A stretch of 64,000 bases of DNA from an uncultured Bacillales bacterium (GCA_946414655.1 CAMKPL010000002.1:616-64615), one strand, 5' to 3'. Numbered from the stretch's first letter, positions 9,250 through 18,678 are shown. The notes: generated by a model from the sequence alone, not told the origin. Program-made: numbers and translations.

Positions 9250-9861
9250 TTAAATTAATTCTTTCTTTTTTAAATAAGCAAGCAGTTGCTTGAGTGCTAA
9301 TGCGCGGTGCGAATAAGTGTTTTTGACTTCTTCGGGAGCTATTCCAAAACAAATCTTCGCTTCATTACTATAAAAGATCGGATCATAACCAAATCCATGC
9401 TCTCCTTGAGGTGCAGGAAGAATCTTTCCAGGGCAAACACCCTTAAAGACAACTGGTTGGTCTTCAACATTTAAAAGAGTAATCACACAAACAAAGTTTG
9501 CTGATTTATCTTCATAGTCTTTTAACATCTCAATTAGTTTTAGATTAGCTATCCCATTGCCGCCATTTTCAGAAGCAAAGCGCGCAGTATGTAATCCTGG
9601 AAATCCATTTAATGCGTTCACACATAATCCAGAATCATCAGCGATTAAAGGCATCTTTGTGAATTCTTGTAAAGCTTTAGCTTTTATCAATGAATTTGCT
9701 TCAAAAGTTGATCCATTTTCATCTGGATCAACATGAATACCAAGTTCCTTTGGAGAATGAACTTTAATTCCGTATGGAGAAAACATTTCTTCATACTCAT
9801 GAATCTTGTGGGCGTTATTTGTAGCAACTAATAAATCAAACATTTTATTGATCATCATCAA
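9250..9861 (-). CDS. rdgB: Non-canonical purine NTP pyrophosphatase (RdgB/HAM1 family)
   Basis: LVATNNAHKIHE...FGYDPIF, the Ham1 family signature; 203 aa. Confidence 0.85.
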   Translation of the reverse strand: MMMINKMFDLLVATNNAHKIHEYEEMFSPYGIKVHSPKELGIHVDPDENGSTFEANSLIKAKALQEFTKMPLIADDSGLCVNALNGFPGLHTARFASENGGNGIANLKLIEMLKDYEDKSANFVCVITLLNVEDQPVVFKGVCPGKILPAPQGEHGFGYDPIFYSNEAKICFGIAPEEVKNTYSHRALALKQLLAYLKKKELI

Positions 9862-10171
9862 CTAGCATTAAGATGCCAGCTATTAAATTACAAAATAGTA
9901 GTGTACAAACAGCAAAGGTAGCAGTGGCTTTTTCGCCTCTTTCAGTGACATTAAAGTAGTGAACAGTCATTGGGATCATCCAGCAAAGTGGAATAAGCGC
10001 CAATCCCCAGAACACAGTGGAAATAATCATAAAGACTTTAGCGACTGTACGAATAGCAGGTTCTTCAGCTCTATTTGCTGGTAGATTTCCTGTGTTAACT
10101 GGGCAACCGCAGCTTGGACAGAAGCGAGCATCTTCAGCTATTTCGGTGCCGCAATGTGGACAATATTTCAT
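9845..10171 (-). CDS. Zinc-ribbon domain membrane protein
   Basis: N-terminal MKYCPHCGTEIAEDARFCPSCG zinc ribbon followed by 2-3 TM helices; 108 aa. Confidence 0.5.
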   Translation of the reverse strand: MKYCPHCGTEIAEDARFCPSCGCPVNTGNLPANRAEEPAIRTVAKVFMIISTVFWGLALIPLCWMIPMTVHYFNVTERGEKATATFAVCTLLFCNLIAGILMLVDDDQ

Positions 10172-10290
10172 ATTCTTTTCTCCAATTTCAACTTAATCAT
10201 ATCACAAAAAATTAATATTAATTTTATTTTCTGCCTTTCTTTTAGAATAAAAAAAGTCTCGATTTCTCGAAACCATATAACATTGTCGAT

Positions 10291-10364
10291 TGGAGCAGAT
10301 GACGGGAATCGAACCCGCATAATCAGCTTGGAAGGCTGATGTTCTACCACTGAACTACATCTGC
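10291..10364 (-). tRNA. tRNA-Trp (anticodon CCA)
   Basis: The reverse complement reads GCAGATGTAGTTCAGTGGTAGAACATCAGCCTTCCAAGCTGATTATGCGGGTTCGATTCCCGTCATCTGCTCCA. The D stem is gttc/gaac and the anticodon loop is ttCCAag. Confidence 0.8.
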
Positions 10365-10371
10365 ACTGTTC

Positions 10372-10447
10372 TGGCGGACCGTAGGGGAGTCGAACCCCTC
10401 TCGCCTCCGTGACAGGGAGGCATAATAAACCGATATACCAACGGTCC
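10372..10447 (-). tRNA. tRNA-Asp (anticodon GUC)
   Basis: The reverse complement reads GGACCGTTGGTATATCGGTTTATTATGCCTCCCTGTCACGGAGGCGAGAGGGGTTCGACTCCCCTACGGTCCGCCA. The anticodon loop is ctGTCac; the D loop is unusually AT-rich and long. Confidence 0.75.
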
Positions 10448-10499
10448 TTCAGTGCGAAACAATGTTATCACATCTTTACTACATTGAAAAGAGTAATTT

Positions 10500-10799
10500 T
10501 TAAGAAACAAATCGACGTAAATGTTCGATTGGCATATACGCTGTTTCACGTTTAACCATTTTGCCGTTCTCAAAGAGAAGAAGTGTTGGAATAGCCATCA
10601 CGCGGAACTCACGAGCAATACCTGGGAGAGAATCAACGTCAATCTTAATGACTTTAATTTCCATTTCTTTATCGAGTTGTTCGATGACTGGTGAAAGCAT
10701 TTGGCATGGTCCGCACCAATCAGCATAAAAATCGACTAGAACTTTTCCAGAAGCAATTTCCTTAGAAAAATCAGCTTCTTTTTCTAAATGTTTAATCAT
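10500..10799 (-). CDS. trxA: Thioredoxin
   Basis: WCGPC active site; 99 aa. Confidence 0.85.
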   Translation of the reverse strand: MIKHLEKEADFSKEIASGKVLVDFYADWCGPCQMLSPVIEQLDKEMEIKVIKIDVDSLPGIAREFRVMAIPTLLLFENGKMVKRETAYMPIEHLRRFVS

Positions 10800-10810
10800 A
10801 AGTGAACCTC

Positions 10811-11662
10811 CTAAACGAATAAAAAGACTAAGAAAATAATAATTATATGAAGTGGGAAGTAGGCGTAAGCACCATACTTAAACCACTTCTTATTGTAACC
10901 GAGTTCTCCACTATAGAAAAAGATAAATATTACTGCGCACATTGCATAAGCTTCGTGAGCAATGTTGTAAATGTCTCCGCCTGGAAGTAAACCGATTAAA
11001 TAAACGAGAACAACGGCTAGCAAAAGTGCAAAACACATTAAAGTGTTTACAAGCAATCTTTCGTATGGTGTCCCTTCTAAATTTTCTGCAGCATTTCCAA
11101 AGTTTTTAAGCATTGCTTTAGCAATTGGATAGGAATAGAAGAAGCCAAGAGAGAGGAGTAATGCAAAAATGTTATATCCGCTTCTTAAATAGAATGGGAA
11201 CCACCAAATTTCAATTCCTCGTTGGTCTTCAATCGACATCACAATAAATGAAAGAATAATGTAAGCAATTGGAAGAATGGCCCAGAATGATTTACGGTTG
11301 TTTTGTTTTAGTAGATACAAAATCACCGCGCACAAGAGAAGATCGATAATCGGAGAATAGAAACCATAAATATCCATGAATGCATGGTGAATAACAATCT
11401 GTCCAACAAGAATTACAGCAGCCAAAATTCCCAGTCTTAATGCATATTTTCCAAAGTTAGATGTGTGCCTTACACCTTCAACCAAAAGAAGAATAAAAAG
11501 CGGAAATCCGAGACGTCCGAAAATTTCTAAAATATTGGCGATTTGCGGTGATATTTCGTTAAAATACATGAATTTTGCAACATGATCTAGTGTCATCAAA
11601 AATAAGGCAATTACCTTAATCCAGAAAGACGATAAAATGTGATAACGAAACTTTTGTGTCAT
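10811..11662 (-). CDS. TraX-family polytopic membrane protein
   Basis: N-terminal FWIKVIALFLMTLDHVAKF matches the TraX family start (LKxIAxxxMxxDH); 283 aa with multiple TM helices. Confidence 0.45.
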   Translation of the reverse strand: MTQKFRYHILSSFWIKVIALFLMTLDHVAKFMYFNEISPQIANILEIFGRLGFPLFILLLVEGVRHTSNFGKYALRLGILAAVILVGQIVIHHAFMDIYGFYSPIIDLLLCAVILYLLKQNNRKSFWAILPIAYIILSFIVMSIEDQRGIEIWWFPFYLRSGYNIFALLLSLGFFYSYPIAKAMLKNFGNAAENLEGTPYERLLVNTLMCFALLLAVVLVYLIGLLPGGDIYNIAHEAYAMCAVIFIFFYSGELGYNKKWFKYGAYAYFPLHIIIIFLVFLFV

Positions 11663-11663
11663 A

Positions 11664-12479
11664 TTAAATTAGTGATGCAATGATAGAGAATAAGTTATTG
11701 GCGATGTGGGCAGTAACGCTTGCAGCAAAGCCGAACTTATCATAAACAAATGTGAATGCAAAAGCAGCAGCTGCGTAATAAGGAATATTTAATAATTCAT
11801 TCACAATATTTGATGCAGCAAAATCAAAATGAATTAACGTAAAGATAACGATTGTTGCGATATAAGCAACGATTTTATTTTTTCTTTTAAAGAAATCGAA
11901 GAATCCTACACGATAGGTTAATTCTTCGCAAATTGGTCCAATAATGCCAAAAACAACTAACGATATGAGCGGATAAACCTTAACAATCGATGTAAGTGCT
12001 TCTTGATTATTGTTGTCGGTTATTTTTGGGCCAACCAGTTGAATAAAAATTGAATAAAAAATTGTGAATGAATAAATAATTACAAACGCTAGCAAAGCCC
12101 CAAGGTAAGCTTTCTTGTTTTTAAATGATTTAAATATGTTAGAAATGGAAGGCTTTGCTATTAATAGCAAAATACAAAAGACTAAACAGTAAGCAATCGA
12201 GTTAACAAACATTGATACTGGAGCACTTTGTAGATAAGAAGAAATTGCAGCATTATCCGATCCAAATTGTGATCTTCCAATCAACAAGAAAATAAGTTCG
12301 ATTAGTGTGCCAATAACTTGGAAACCAATGAAACCAACGCCAAACAAAAGTAGTTGACGTTTGTAGTTCATCATCTTTTCTTCTTTTGGCTTATAACTTG
12401 GATTTGGAGAACCACAGTACGGACAGTAGCGACTGACCTCTGGATATTCCTTTTCACAATATGGACACTTCTTCAACAT
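11664..12479 (-). CDS. CPBP-family intramembrane metalloprotease (CAAX protease/Abi-like) with an N-terminal zinc ribbon
   Basis: N-terminal CPYCEKEYPEVSRYCPYCG zinc ribbon. Later motifs are EELTYRVGFF, FTLIHFDF and HIANNL (EExxxR ... FxxxH ... HxxxN/D). Confidence 0.65.
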   Translation of the reverse strand: MLKKCPYCEKEYPEVSRYCPYCGSPNPSYKPKEEKMMNYKRQLLLFGVGFIGFQVIGTLIELIFLLIGRSQFGSDNAAISSYLQSAPVSMFVNSIAYCLVFCILLLIAKPSISNIFKSFKNKKAYLGALLAFVIIYSFTIFYSIFIQLVGPKITDNNNQEALTSIVKVYPLISLVVFGIIGPICEELTYRVGFFDFFKRKNKIVAYIATIVIFTLIHFDFAASNIVNELLNIPYYAAAAFAFTFVYDKFGFAASVTAHIANNLFSIIASLI

Positions 12480-12527
12480 AAGTAAGTTGATTATACAATT
12501 TATTAATAAAAATGTATAATAAATCGC

Positions 12528-13121
12528 ATGGTAACAATCTTAGAGCGTCGAGAAATCACTTTAATTCGTGATAGATCATCATTTATTGGAATTCTTTTAC
12601 ATGTCAAAGATGTAAGCGAAGTTAAAACATACTTATCTGAGATTAAGAAACAATATCCGAAAGCAAAACATTATTGTTATGCTTACTCTATTCACGGGCA
12701 GAAAAAATGTAGTGATGATGGAGAACCTGCAAAAACCGCCGGAAGACCTTTAATGAATCTTCTTGAAAAAAAGGAAATGGATGAGGTTTTGCTGGTGGTT
12801 GTGCGATATTTTGGTGGAGTTCTTCTTGGCGCATCACGCTTAATGTCAACATATCTGGAAACCGGTGTCCAAGTTGTCGAAAGTGCAGACTTGTTGAATA
12901 TTCATCAAGTCTATGTTTATCGTTTGGAATTAAGTTATTCTCAATTTGATGAATTAAAACATCTCGCCAAAATGAATTCATTTTCATTGGAAAATGTCGC
13001 ATATGAAGATACAATTAAAGTTGATGTTTTGGCTCCAGAGGAATTTGGAGAAGAACTTGTTAACCAATTCCCACATGCTCATTTAGAGGTTGTTGGAACC
13101 AAAACGATTTATCAAAGATAA
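12528..13121 (+). CDS. yigZ: YigZ/IMPACT-family protein (UPF0029)
   Basis: 197 aa with the IMPACT-domain outline (SSFIGIL...KHYCYAYSI...VVVRYFGGVLLGASRL). Confidence 0.65.
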   Translation: MVTILERREITLIRDRSSFIGILLHVKDVSEVKTYLSEIKKQYPKAKHYCYAYSIHGQKKCSDDGEPAKTAGRPLMNLLEKKEMDEVLLVVVRYFGGVLLGASRLMSTYLETGVQVVESADLLNIHQVYVYRLELSYSQFDELKHLAKMNSFSLENVAYEDTIKVDVLAPEEFGEELVNQFPHAHLEVVGTKTIYQR

Positions 13122-13133
13122 GAAGGTAGAAAA

Positions 13134-14399
13134 ATGATTGACGCAAACGAATATTCAAATAGACGAAATAAGGTTCTAACAAAGTTAGAAAATAATTCTA
13201 TCGCCGTTCTTTTTGCTGGCCAAGCCAGAAAGAAAAGTGGAGATGCATTTTTCCCATTTGATGTTAATCGTAACTTCTTTTACCTTACCGGCATTGAACA
13301 AGAAAATTCTGTTCTTTTGTTAGTAAAATGTGACGGAGAAGTTTCTGAATATCTTTTTATTGATGAAAAAAATGAAAAAGTTGAAAAATGGACAGGCATT
13401 AAAATGACTGTTGAAGAAGCAAGAGAAATTTCTGGTATTGAAACAGTTTTACTCCGTTCGACATTTGAAGGAAAAATTGATGCAATCTTTTCTCACGATA
13501 TGTCTCACTTTGGCGAGATCGAACATGTTTATTTAGATCTTGAAAAAGAACTAAAGATTGGTGAATGTGTTTCAACAATTCATTTCAGTGAAGAATTAGA
13601 AAAGAAATACCATGCAAAAGTTCAAGATTTGAATGAATTAGTGCTTGCTGAACGAATGGTAAAATCACCAGCAGAAGTCGCCTGTATTAAGGAAGCAATT
13701 GAAACAACCGATCTCGGAATTCGTAATGCCTTAGCGGCAATGAAACCAGGTCGTTATGAATATAATTTGCGTAATGCTTTTGAATATTCCATCATGGAAG
13801 AATACGGAACCACACTTGGCTTCGCAACCATTATTGCATCGGGCAAAAACGGTGTCATTCTTCACTATCCAGAAGCCAAAGATATGCTTCAAGATGGAGA
13901 TTTAGTTCTCTTTGATCTTGGCGCAGCTAAATCACATTATTCGGCCGATATTTCTCGCACTTTCCCAATTAGTGGAAAGTTTAATGAACTTCAAAGAAAG
14001 ATCTATGAAATTGTTTTGGAGTGCAACAAAGCAACAATCAATTTTATTCGTCCAGGTATTACTCTTGTGGAAATGAATGATTTTGCGAAGAACTTCTTAG
14101 CTGAAGAATGTGTTGCAAAAGGATTGATTTCTTCTAAAGACGAAATTTCTAGAGTCTATTATCATAGTGTTTCGCACCATCTTGGTTTAGACACACATGA
14201 TGGAAATGACCGCACAAGCCCACTTGTTGCAGGTAATGTTGTGACATGTGAACCAGGTTTATATTTTGCTGAATATGGAATCGGAATTCGCATTGAAGAT
14301 GATGTCTTAGTCACTGAAAGCGGACGAGAAGTTTTATCAAATGACGTGATTAAAGAAGTCAGCGATATTGAAAAATTATTGAGGACTCATCATGAATAA
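13134..14399 (+). CDS. pepP: Xaa-Pro aminopeptidase (M24B family)
   Basis: N-terminal creatinase-like domain, then an M24 catalytic domain with HHLGLDTHD and VTCEPGLYF...GIRIEDD. Confidence 0.75.
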   Translation: MIDANEYSNRRNKVLTKLENNSIAVLFAGQARKKSGDAFFPFDVNRNFFYLTGIEQENSVLLLVKCDGEVSEYLFIDEKNEKVEKWTGIKMTVEEAREISGIETVLLRSTFEGKIDAIFSHDMSHFGEIEHVYLDLEKELKIGECVSTIHFSEELEKKYHAKVQDLNELVLAERMVKSPAEVACIKEAIETTDLGIRNALAAMKPGRYEYNLRNAFEYSIMEEYGTTLGFATIIASGKNGVILHYPEAKDMLQDGDLVLFDLGAAKSHYSADISRTFPISGKFNELQRKIYEIVLECNKATINFIRPGITLVEMNDFAKNFLAEECVAKGLISSKDEISRVYYHSVSHHLGLDTHDGNDRTSPLVAGNVVTCEPGLYFAEYGIGIRIEDDVLVTESGREVLSNDVIKEVSDIEKLLRTHHE

Positions 14400-15870
14400 A
14401 TACATTCTTGTTGTAGACCAAGGAACAACTTCTTCTCGGGCCATCCTTTTTAATAAAGGTGGCTTAACTGTTTCGTTTGCTCAAAAAGAACTTCCAGTCG
14501 AATATCCAAAGTCAGGTTACGTCGAATGTGATGCTAACGAGCTCTTTGCTGGAGTGGTGGAAGTCATTGAAACTGCTTTAAACAAAGCTAATGTTACCTG
14601 GGATAGTATTGCGTGCGTTGGTATTACCAACCAACGTGAAACAACAATTGTTTGGTCGAAAGTTACTGGTTTACCAGTATCGAAAGCAATTGTGTGGCAA
14701 TCTCGTCAATCACAATCAATCTGTGATCGAATGATGAAACACGAAGAATTAATTCATCAAAAGACAGGATTAATCATTAACCCTTACTTCTCTGCTTCGA
14801 AGATTCGCTACATTTTAGACCATTTACCTAGAGGTCAAGAAAGGGCAGAATCCGGTGAGCTGATGTTTGGTACCGTTGATTCCTGGTTAATTTATAAATT
14901 AACAAAAGGTGAGGTACATGCTACTGATATTACGAACGCATCCCGTACAATGTTATTTAACATTAACACCAAAGAATGGGATGATGAATTATTAAAACTT
15001 TTTAATATTCCAAGAAGTATGCTTCCTGAAGTTAAGTCATGCGATGCTAATTTTGGAACAATTTCTCTTCTTGATAAAGATACACCAATCACTGGTGTTA
15101 TCGGTGACCAACAATCCGCCTTATTCGGACAAAACTGTTTCGAAGCAGGAATGTCAAAATCAACATATGGTACTGGCTGTTTCATGTTAATGAATATTGG
15201 TGAAAAACCAGTTCTTTCAAAGAAAGGTTTATTAACAACAATAGCTTGGGATATTTCCGGCAAGGTTTCTTACGCCTTAGAAGGAAGTGTCTTTGTTTGT
15301 GGATCGGCGATTAAATGGTTACGTGATAGCTGGCATATTATCCGTCATTCGAATGACATCAACATTATGGCGCAACGAGTTCCTAATACTGGTGGAGTTT
15401 ATTTTGTTCCAGCATTCGTGGGACTTGGTACTCCATATTGGGATGATGATGTTCGCGGTGCATTCTTTGGAATGAGTGCTGGAACGAACTTAGATCATAT
15501 TGCTTTAGCAACGCTTCAAGCAATCGCTTTCCAATGTAAAGATGTTTTCTCCGTGATGGAAGAAGAGTCAAATATCAAAATCAATCGTCTATATGTTGAT
15601 GGTGGTGTTACAAATTCTGACATCATGCTTCAATTCCAAAGCGATATTTTAAACATCCCTGTTTCTAAGCCAACTTGTTTGGAATCAACAGCAATTGGTG
15701 CTGCGTTTATGGCAGGACTTGGTTCAGGATTCTTCTCATCTTTAGATGAGATTAGTAATGCTCACACAATTGCTAAAAACTATCATCCAAAGATGAATCA
15801 AGTAGAAGCGAAAAAACTCTACAAAGGATGGGAAAACGCCGTCAAATGCGCGATGAAATTTAAAAATTAA
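14392..15870 (+). CDS. glpK: Glycerol kinase
   Basis: VVDQGTTSSRAILFN, the FGGY-family N-terminus; 492 aa with a C-terminal GGVTNS motif. Confidence 0.9.
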   Translation: MNKYILVVDQGTTSSRAILFNKGGLTVSFAQKELPVEYPKSGYVECDANELFAGVVEVIETALNKANVTWDSIACVGITNQRETTIVWSKVTGLPVSKAIVWQSRQSQSICDRMMKHEELIHQKTGLIINPYFSASKIRYILDHLPRGQERAESGELMFGTVDSWLIYKLTKGEVHATDITNASRTMLFNINTKEWDDELLKLFNIPRSMLPEVKSCDANFGTISLLDKDTPITGVIGDQQSALFGQNCFEAGMSKSTYGTGCFMLMNIGEKPVLSKKGLLTTIAWDISGKVSYALEGSVFVCGSAIKWLRDSWHIIRHSNDINIMAQRVPNTGGVYFVPAFVGLGTPYWDDDVRGAFFGMSAGTNLDHIALATLQAIAFQCKDVFSVMEEESNIKINRLYVDGGVTNSDIMLQFQSDILNIPVSKPTCLESTAIGAAFMAGLGSGFFSSLDEISNAHTIAKNYHPKMNQVEAKKLYKGWENAVKCAMKFKN

Positions 15871-15872
15871 GA

Positions 15873-16991
15873 ATGAAAAACATTTTAAATCACGAGCAAT
15901 TTCTAAATCTATATAATCAACTCCAAGTCAATCCAGCCATTGATCCAGAAGTTGTTTTTGAAGCATATGAAGTTGCTTATGAAGGAGCGATTGAGTTAAG
16001 CCAATCAAACCTTTTTGGTAAGGTTGTTCCAGTTAGTTCACTACCTCTGCTACTTTATTTAATTAATGAATTTGGCTTCTATCTAGATTCTCATCAAGTG
16101 GAATGCAAGACTCTTAAAAATAACGAAGTAGCACTACAAAGTATTATTTCGTTAGCAGTGGACAAGTACTTTACGAACGAACACTTAAACTACAAAAATG
16201 TTCGTCTTCTTTCCAAGTACTCACCAATTGTTTCTAATCTTGATTTATATTTGAACTTTATGCTTGGAATGCTTTCGCGTTTCCCAAAAAACAATCCGAA
16301 TGAGACTCTTATTTTGGATGTGATGCATAAAGGATTCTCAATTATGAAATCCATCTTAGATCTTATTGTTGATGGATTTGGAACAGAAGCTTTCTCCTTA
16401 TGGAGAACTTTGCATGAAAACGAGTGTATTCTTTATCTTTTAAATAAATATGGTTCACCTGTTCAAAATGCCTACGTAAAACATCTTAAATATGGTGTCG
16501 CCTTCCGTGGAGGAATAAAGAACCAAGAGGAAAACGATAAGATTTTTGCTGTACTCAAAGAAGAAATGAAAGCTCTCGATTTAAAGAGTAAAGACATGAA
16601 GAAGTTTATTGAATATGGATGGTTGACTTCTATTCCAAATTATAATGAAGACAAGCAATTCAAATTCAATTTCCGTGATGGTGTTGAGCGTCTTGCCGAA
16701 CTTTCAGCCTACTCTAAACTTTACGAGATGGCTTCGGAAATTTCTCACTCCTCCCCAATTCTTATTTATTCTCGAGACGAGTATTATTTACGTCTTGTTT
16801 TGTTAACAGTTTACGAGTGCTTCTTCCGTTATGAAAAGATCTTCTCAGATTTCTATTTATCACGCATTTCCAAAGAAGAGGCAGAACGTTACGCGGTAAT
16901 GAAAAAAACATATTATTCCATTTTATTTTTCATCTACGACAAAGAAAAGAAACGCTTCTCAAAAACCTATTCAAAAACTGCACAAAAATAA
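15873..16991 (+). CDS. Hypothetical cytoplasmic protein with no recognisable domain, co-transcribed with glpK
   Basis: A 372-aa ORF beginning 3 nt after the glpK stop. No TM segment or signal peptide, and no motif I can assign. Confidence 0.5.
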   Translation: MKNILNHEQFLNLYNQLQVNPAIDPEVVFEAYEVAYEGAIELSQSNLFGKVVPVSSLPLLLYLINEFGFYLDSHQVECKTLKNNEVALQSIISLAVDKYFTNEHLNYKNVRLLSKYSPIVSNLDLYLNFMLGMLSRFPKNNPNETLILDVMHKGFSIMKSILDLIVDGFGTEAFSLWRTLHENECILYLLNKYGSPVQNAYVKHLKYGVAFRGGIKNQEENDKIFAVLKEEMKALDLKSKDMKKFIEYGWLTSIPNYNEDKQFKFNFRDGVERLAELSAYSKLYEMASEISHSSPILIYSRDEYYLRLVLLTVYECFFRYEKIFSDFYLSRISKEEAERYAVMKKTYYSILFFIYDKEKKRFSKTYSKTAQK

Positions 16992-17021
16992 AAAAAGAAC
17001 CAGCAAATCCTGGTTCTTTTT
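16991..17021. terminator. Bidirectional rho-independent terminator, identical in sequence (inverted) to the one at 8575-8607
   Basis: aaaaaaGAACCAGcaaatcCTGGTTCttttt lying between two convergent genes. Confidence 0.65.
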
Positions 17022-17034
17022 GTTTTTGGTTTGA

Positions 17035-18678
17035 TTATGCGCCTTCGTAGCAAGAGCCACCAATGAACTCTCTAATCAGTGAGTTACATGGGACCCATTC
17101 ATCTGGCATGTCATCAAAGTATTTGAGCATGCGGATGAGTCTTTCAGCAACTGGGAAGTATTTGTCTTCACGGTCAACTGCTTCAAGAAGTGGCATCGCA
17201 TATTTCTTCATCACGCAAAGTTCATATGAGAGCATGGAGTTATAGACATAATCAGCACCTTCTTGGGTGTTATAAATCCATTTGAATTCTCCACGACGGA
17301 CACTTGGCCACATGCTGAATGTTTCTTCGGCACTTGCGGCACGGAACTTATAGTCACGAACTAATCGGCGGAGTAAACGGAGATCAGTAATGGATACTGG
17401 GTTCACGTTGTCGAGATTAATTTGTGCTTGTGGGGCAATAAAGATTTTGAATTTCTGGTGTCGTGGAATGAGTGTGGTCATACGATCATTTAACGCATGG
17501 ATACCTTCAATAATGATTGGTTCAGTTGGACCAACTTTAATCACACGACCCGGAACGCGTTTACCAAGTTTAAAATCAAATTTTGGTAATTGGACTTCCT
17601 TACCGTTAATTAAGTCGAGCATGTTTTGGTTGAATAATGGAATATCAAGAGCTTCGATTGATTCGAGATCTGGTTTTCCATCCTCATCCTTTGGAGCTTC
17701 GGCTTTTGTTAAATAGTAGTCATCGATCGAAATACGAATAGGTTTAATTCCTCTTGATAAGAGTTCTACTCTTAAACGATTTGCAAAAGTTGTCTTTCCA
17801 GAACTGGATGGACCAGCAATACAAATTAAACGAATGTCTTCGATATCTTTTTCGATCATGTTACCAAGAGTGGTTAACATTCTGTTATGGCGGGCTTCAC
17901 AAAGTTGAATGAAATCGATTACGCCATCACGGTGAATGTGTTCATTAATACCGGCAACTGAATCAGCGCCAGCAATCTTTCCCCAGTTGTGAGACTCTTT
18001 TAGAGTCTTACCAAATGTTGGAGCATCCTCGAATGGTGGAATTTCGCCTCCACATTCACTTCGTGGATATTGAACAATCATTCCTGGAGCATAGTGACGT
18101 AATTTGTATGATTTAAGATAACCAGTGGATGGAACCATACGAGCAAACATATAGTTCATGTAGCCGTCACAGTTATAAAGGTGAACAGTTTTCTCTGGAC
18201 GATATTGAAGAATAGCCAACTTATCATCAAGGTGATGTTCACGGTAGATTTGAGCTGCTTCCTCTTTGGTGTAAACACCTCTTTCAAGTGGATAATCAGC
18301 AGCAATAATCTTTTTCATTTCTGCATCAACTTGTTCAACGAGTTCTGGTGTTGCTTTAACACCTTCGTTAAGGATTTGAACGAAAATGGAACGTGAAACG
18401 TTATAGCAGAAGCGAACCTTTAAAGATGGGTCGACACGATTGATTGCCATCGCAAGAACGAATCTTAATGAAGATTCATATGTTGGAATTGCGTCGTTAT
18501 CTTTAACGGTTAAAAATTCAACTGTTGCATCGTAATAGACTTCGTATGTGAGTTCTCTCACACGGTTGTTGACTCGAGCACAGATGTAGGACTTATCATT
18601 GTTTTCAATGAGGTCGAGTAGTTTTACTTTTGAGTTAAAAGATTTCTCTTTGTCAAAATATTTGAGTGTAAATGACAT
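17035..18678 (-). CDS. Uridine/cytidine kinase-family P-loop nucleoside kinase fused to an N-terminal ThrRS/TGS-like domain
   Basis: Walker A CIAGPSSSGKTTFANRL in the C-terminal half. The N-terminal ~250 aa resembles the TGS and second-additional domains of ThrRS. 547 aa. Confidence 0.55.
   Translation of the reverse strand: MSFTLKYFDKEKSFNSKVKLLDLIENNDKSYICARVNNRVRELTYEVYYDATVEFLTVKDNDAIPTYESSLRFVLAMAINRVDPSLKVRFCYNVSRSIFVQILNEGVKATPELVEQVDAEMKKIIAADYPLERGVYTKEEAAQIYREHHLDDKLAILQYRPEKTVHLYNCDGYMNYMFARMVPSTGYLKSYKLRHYAPGMIVQYPRSECGGEIPPFEDAPTFGKTLKESHNWGKIAGADSVAGINEHIHRDGVIDFIQLCEARHNRMLTTLGNMIEKDIEDIRLICIAGPSSSGKTTFANRLRVELLSRGIKPIRISIDDYYLTKAEAPKDEDGKPDLESIEALDIPLFNQNMLDLINGKEVQLPKFDFKLGKRVPGRVIKVGPTEPIIIEGIHALNDRMTTLIPRHQKFKIFIAPQAQINLDNVNPVSITDLRLLRRLVRDYKFRAASAEETFSMWPSVRRGEFKWIYNTQEGADYVYNSMLSYELCVMKKYAMPLLEAVDREDKYFPVAERLIRMLKYFDDMPDEWVPCNSLIREFIGGSCYEGA

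Noticed and set aside
10154-10573. Three ORFs of 60-72 aa from the six-frame track (10154-10339, 10168-10350, 10355-10573)
   Set aside because: They are fully explained by the tRNA-Trp and tRNA-Asp genes and their flanks; no independent coding evidence.
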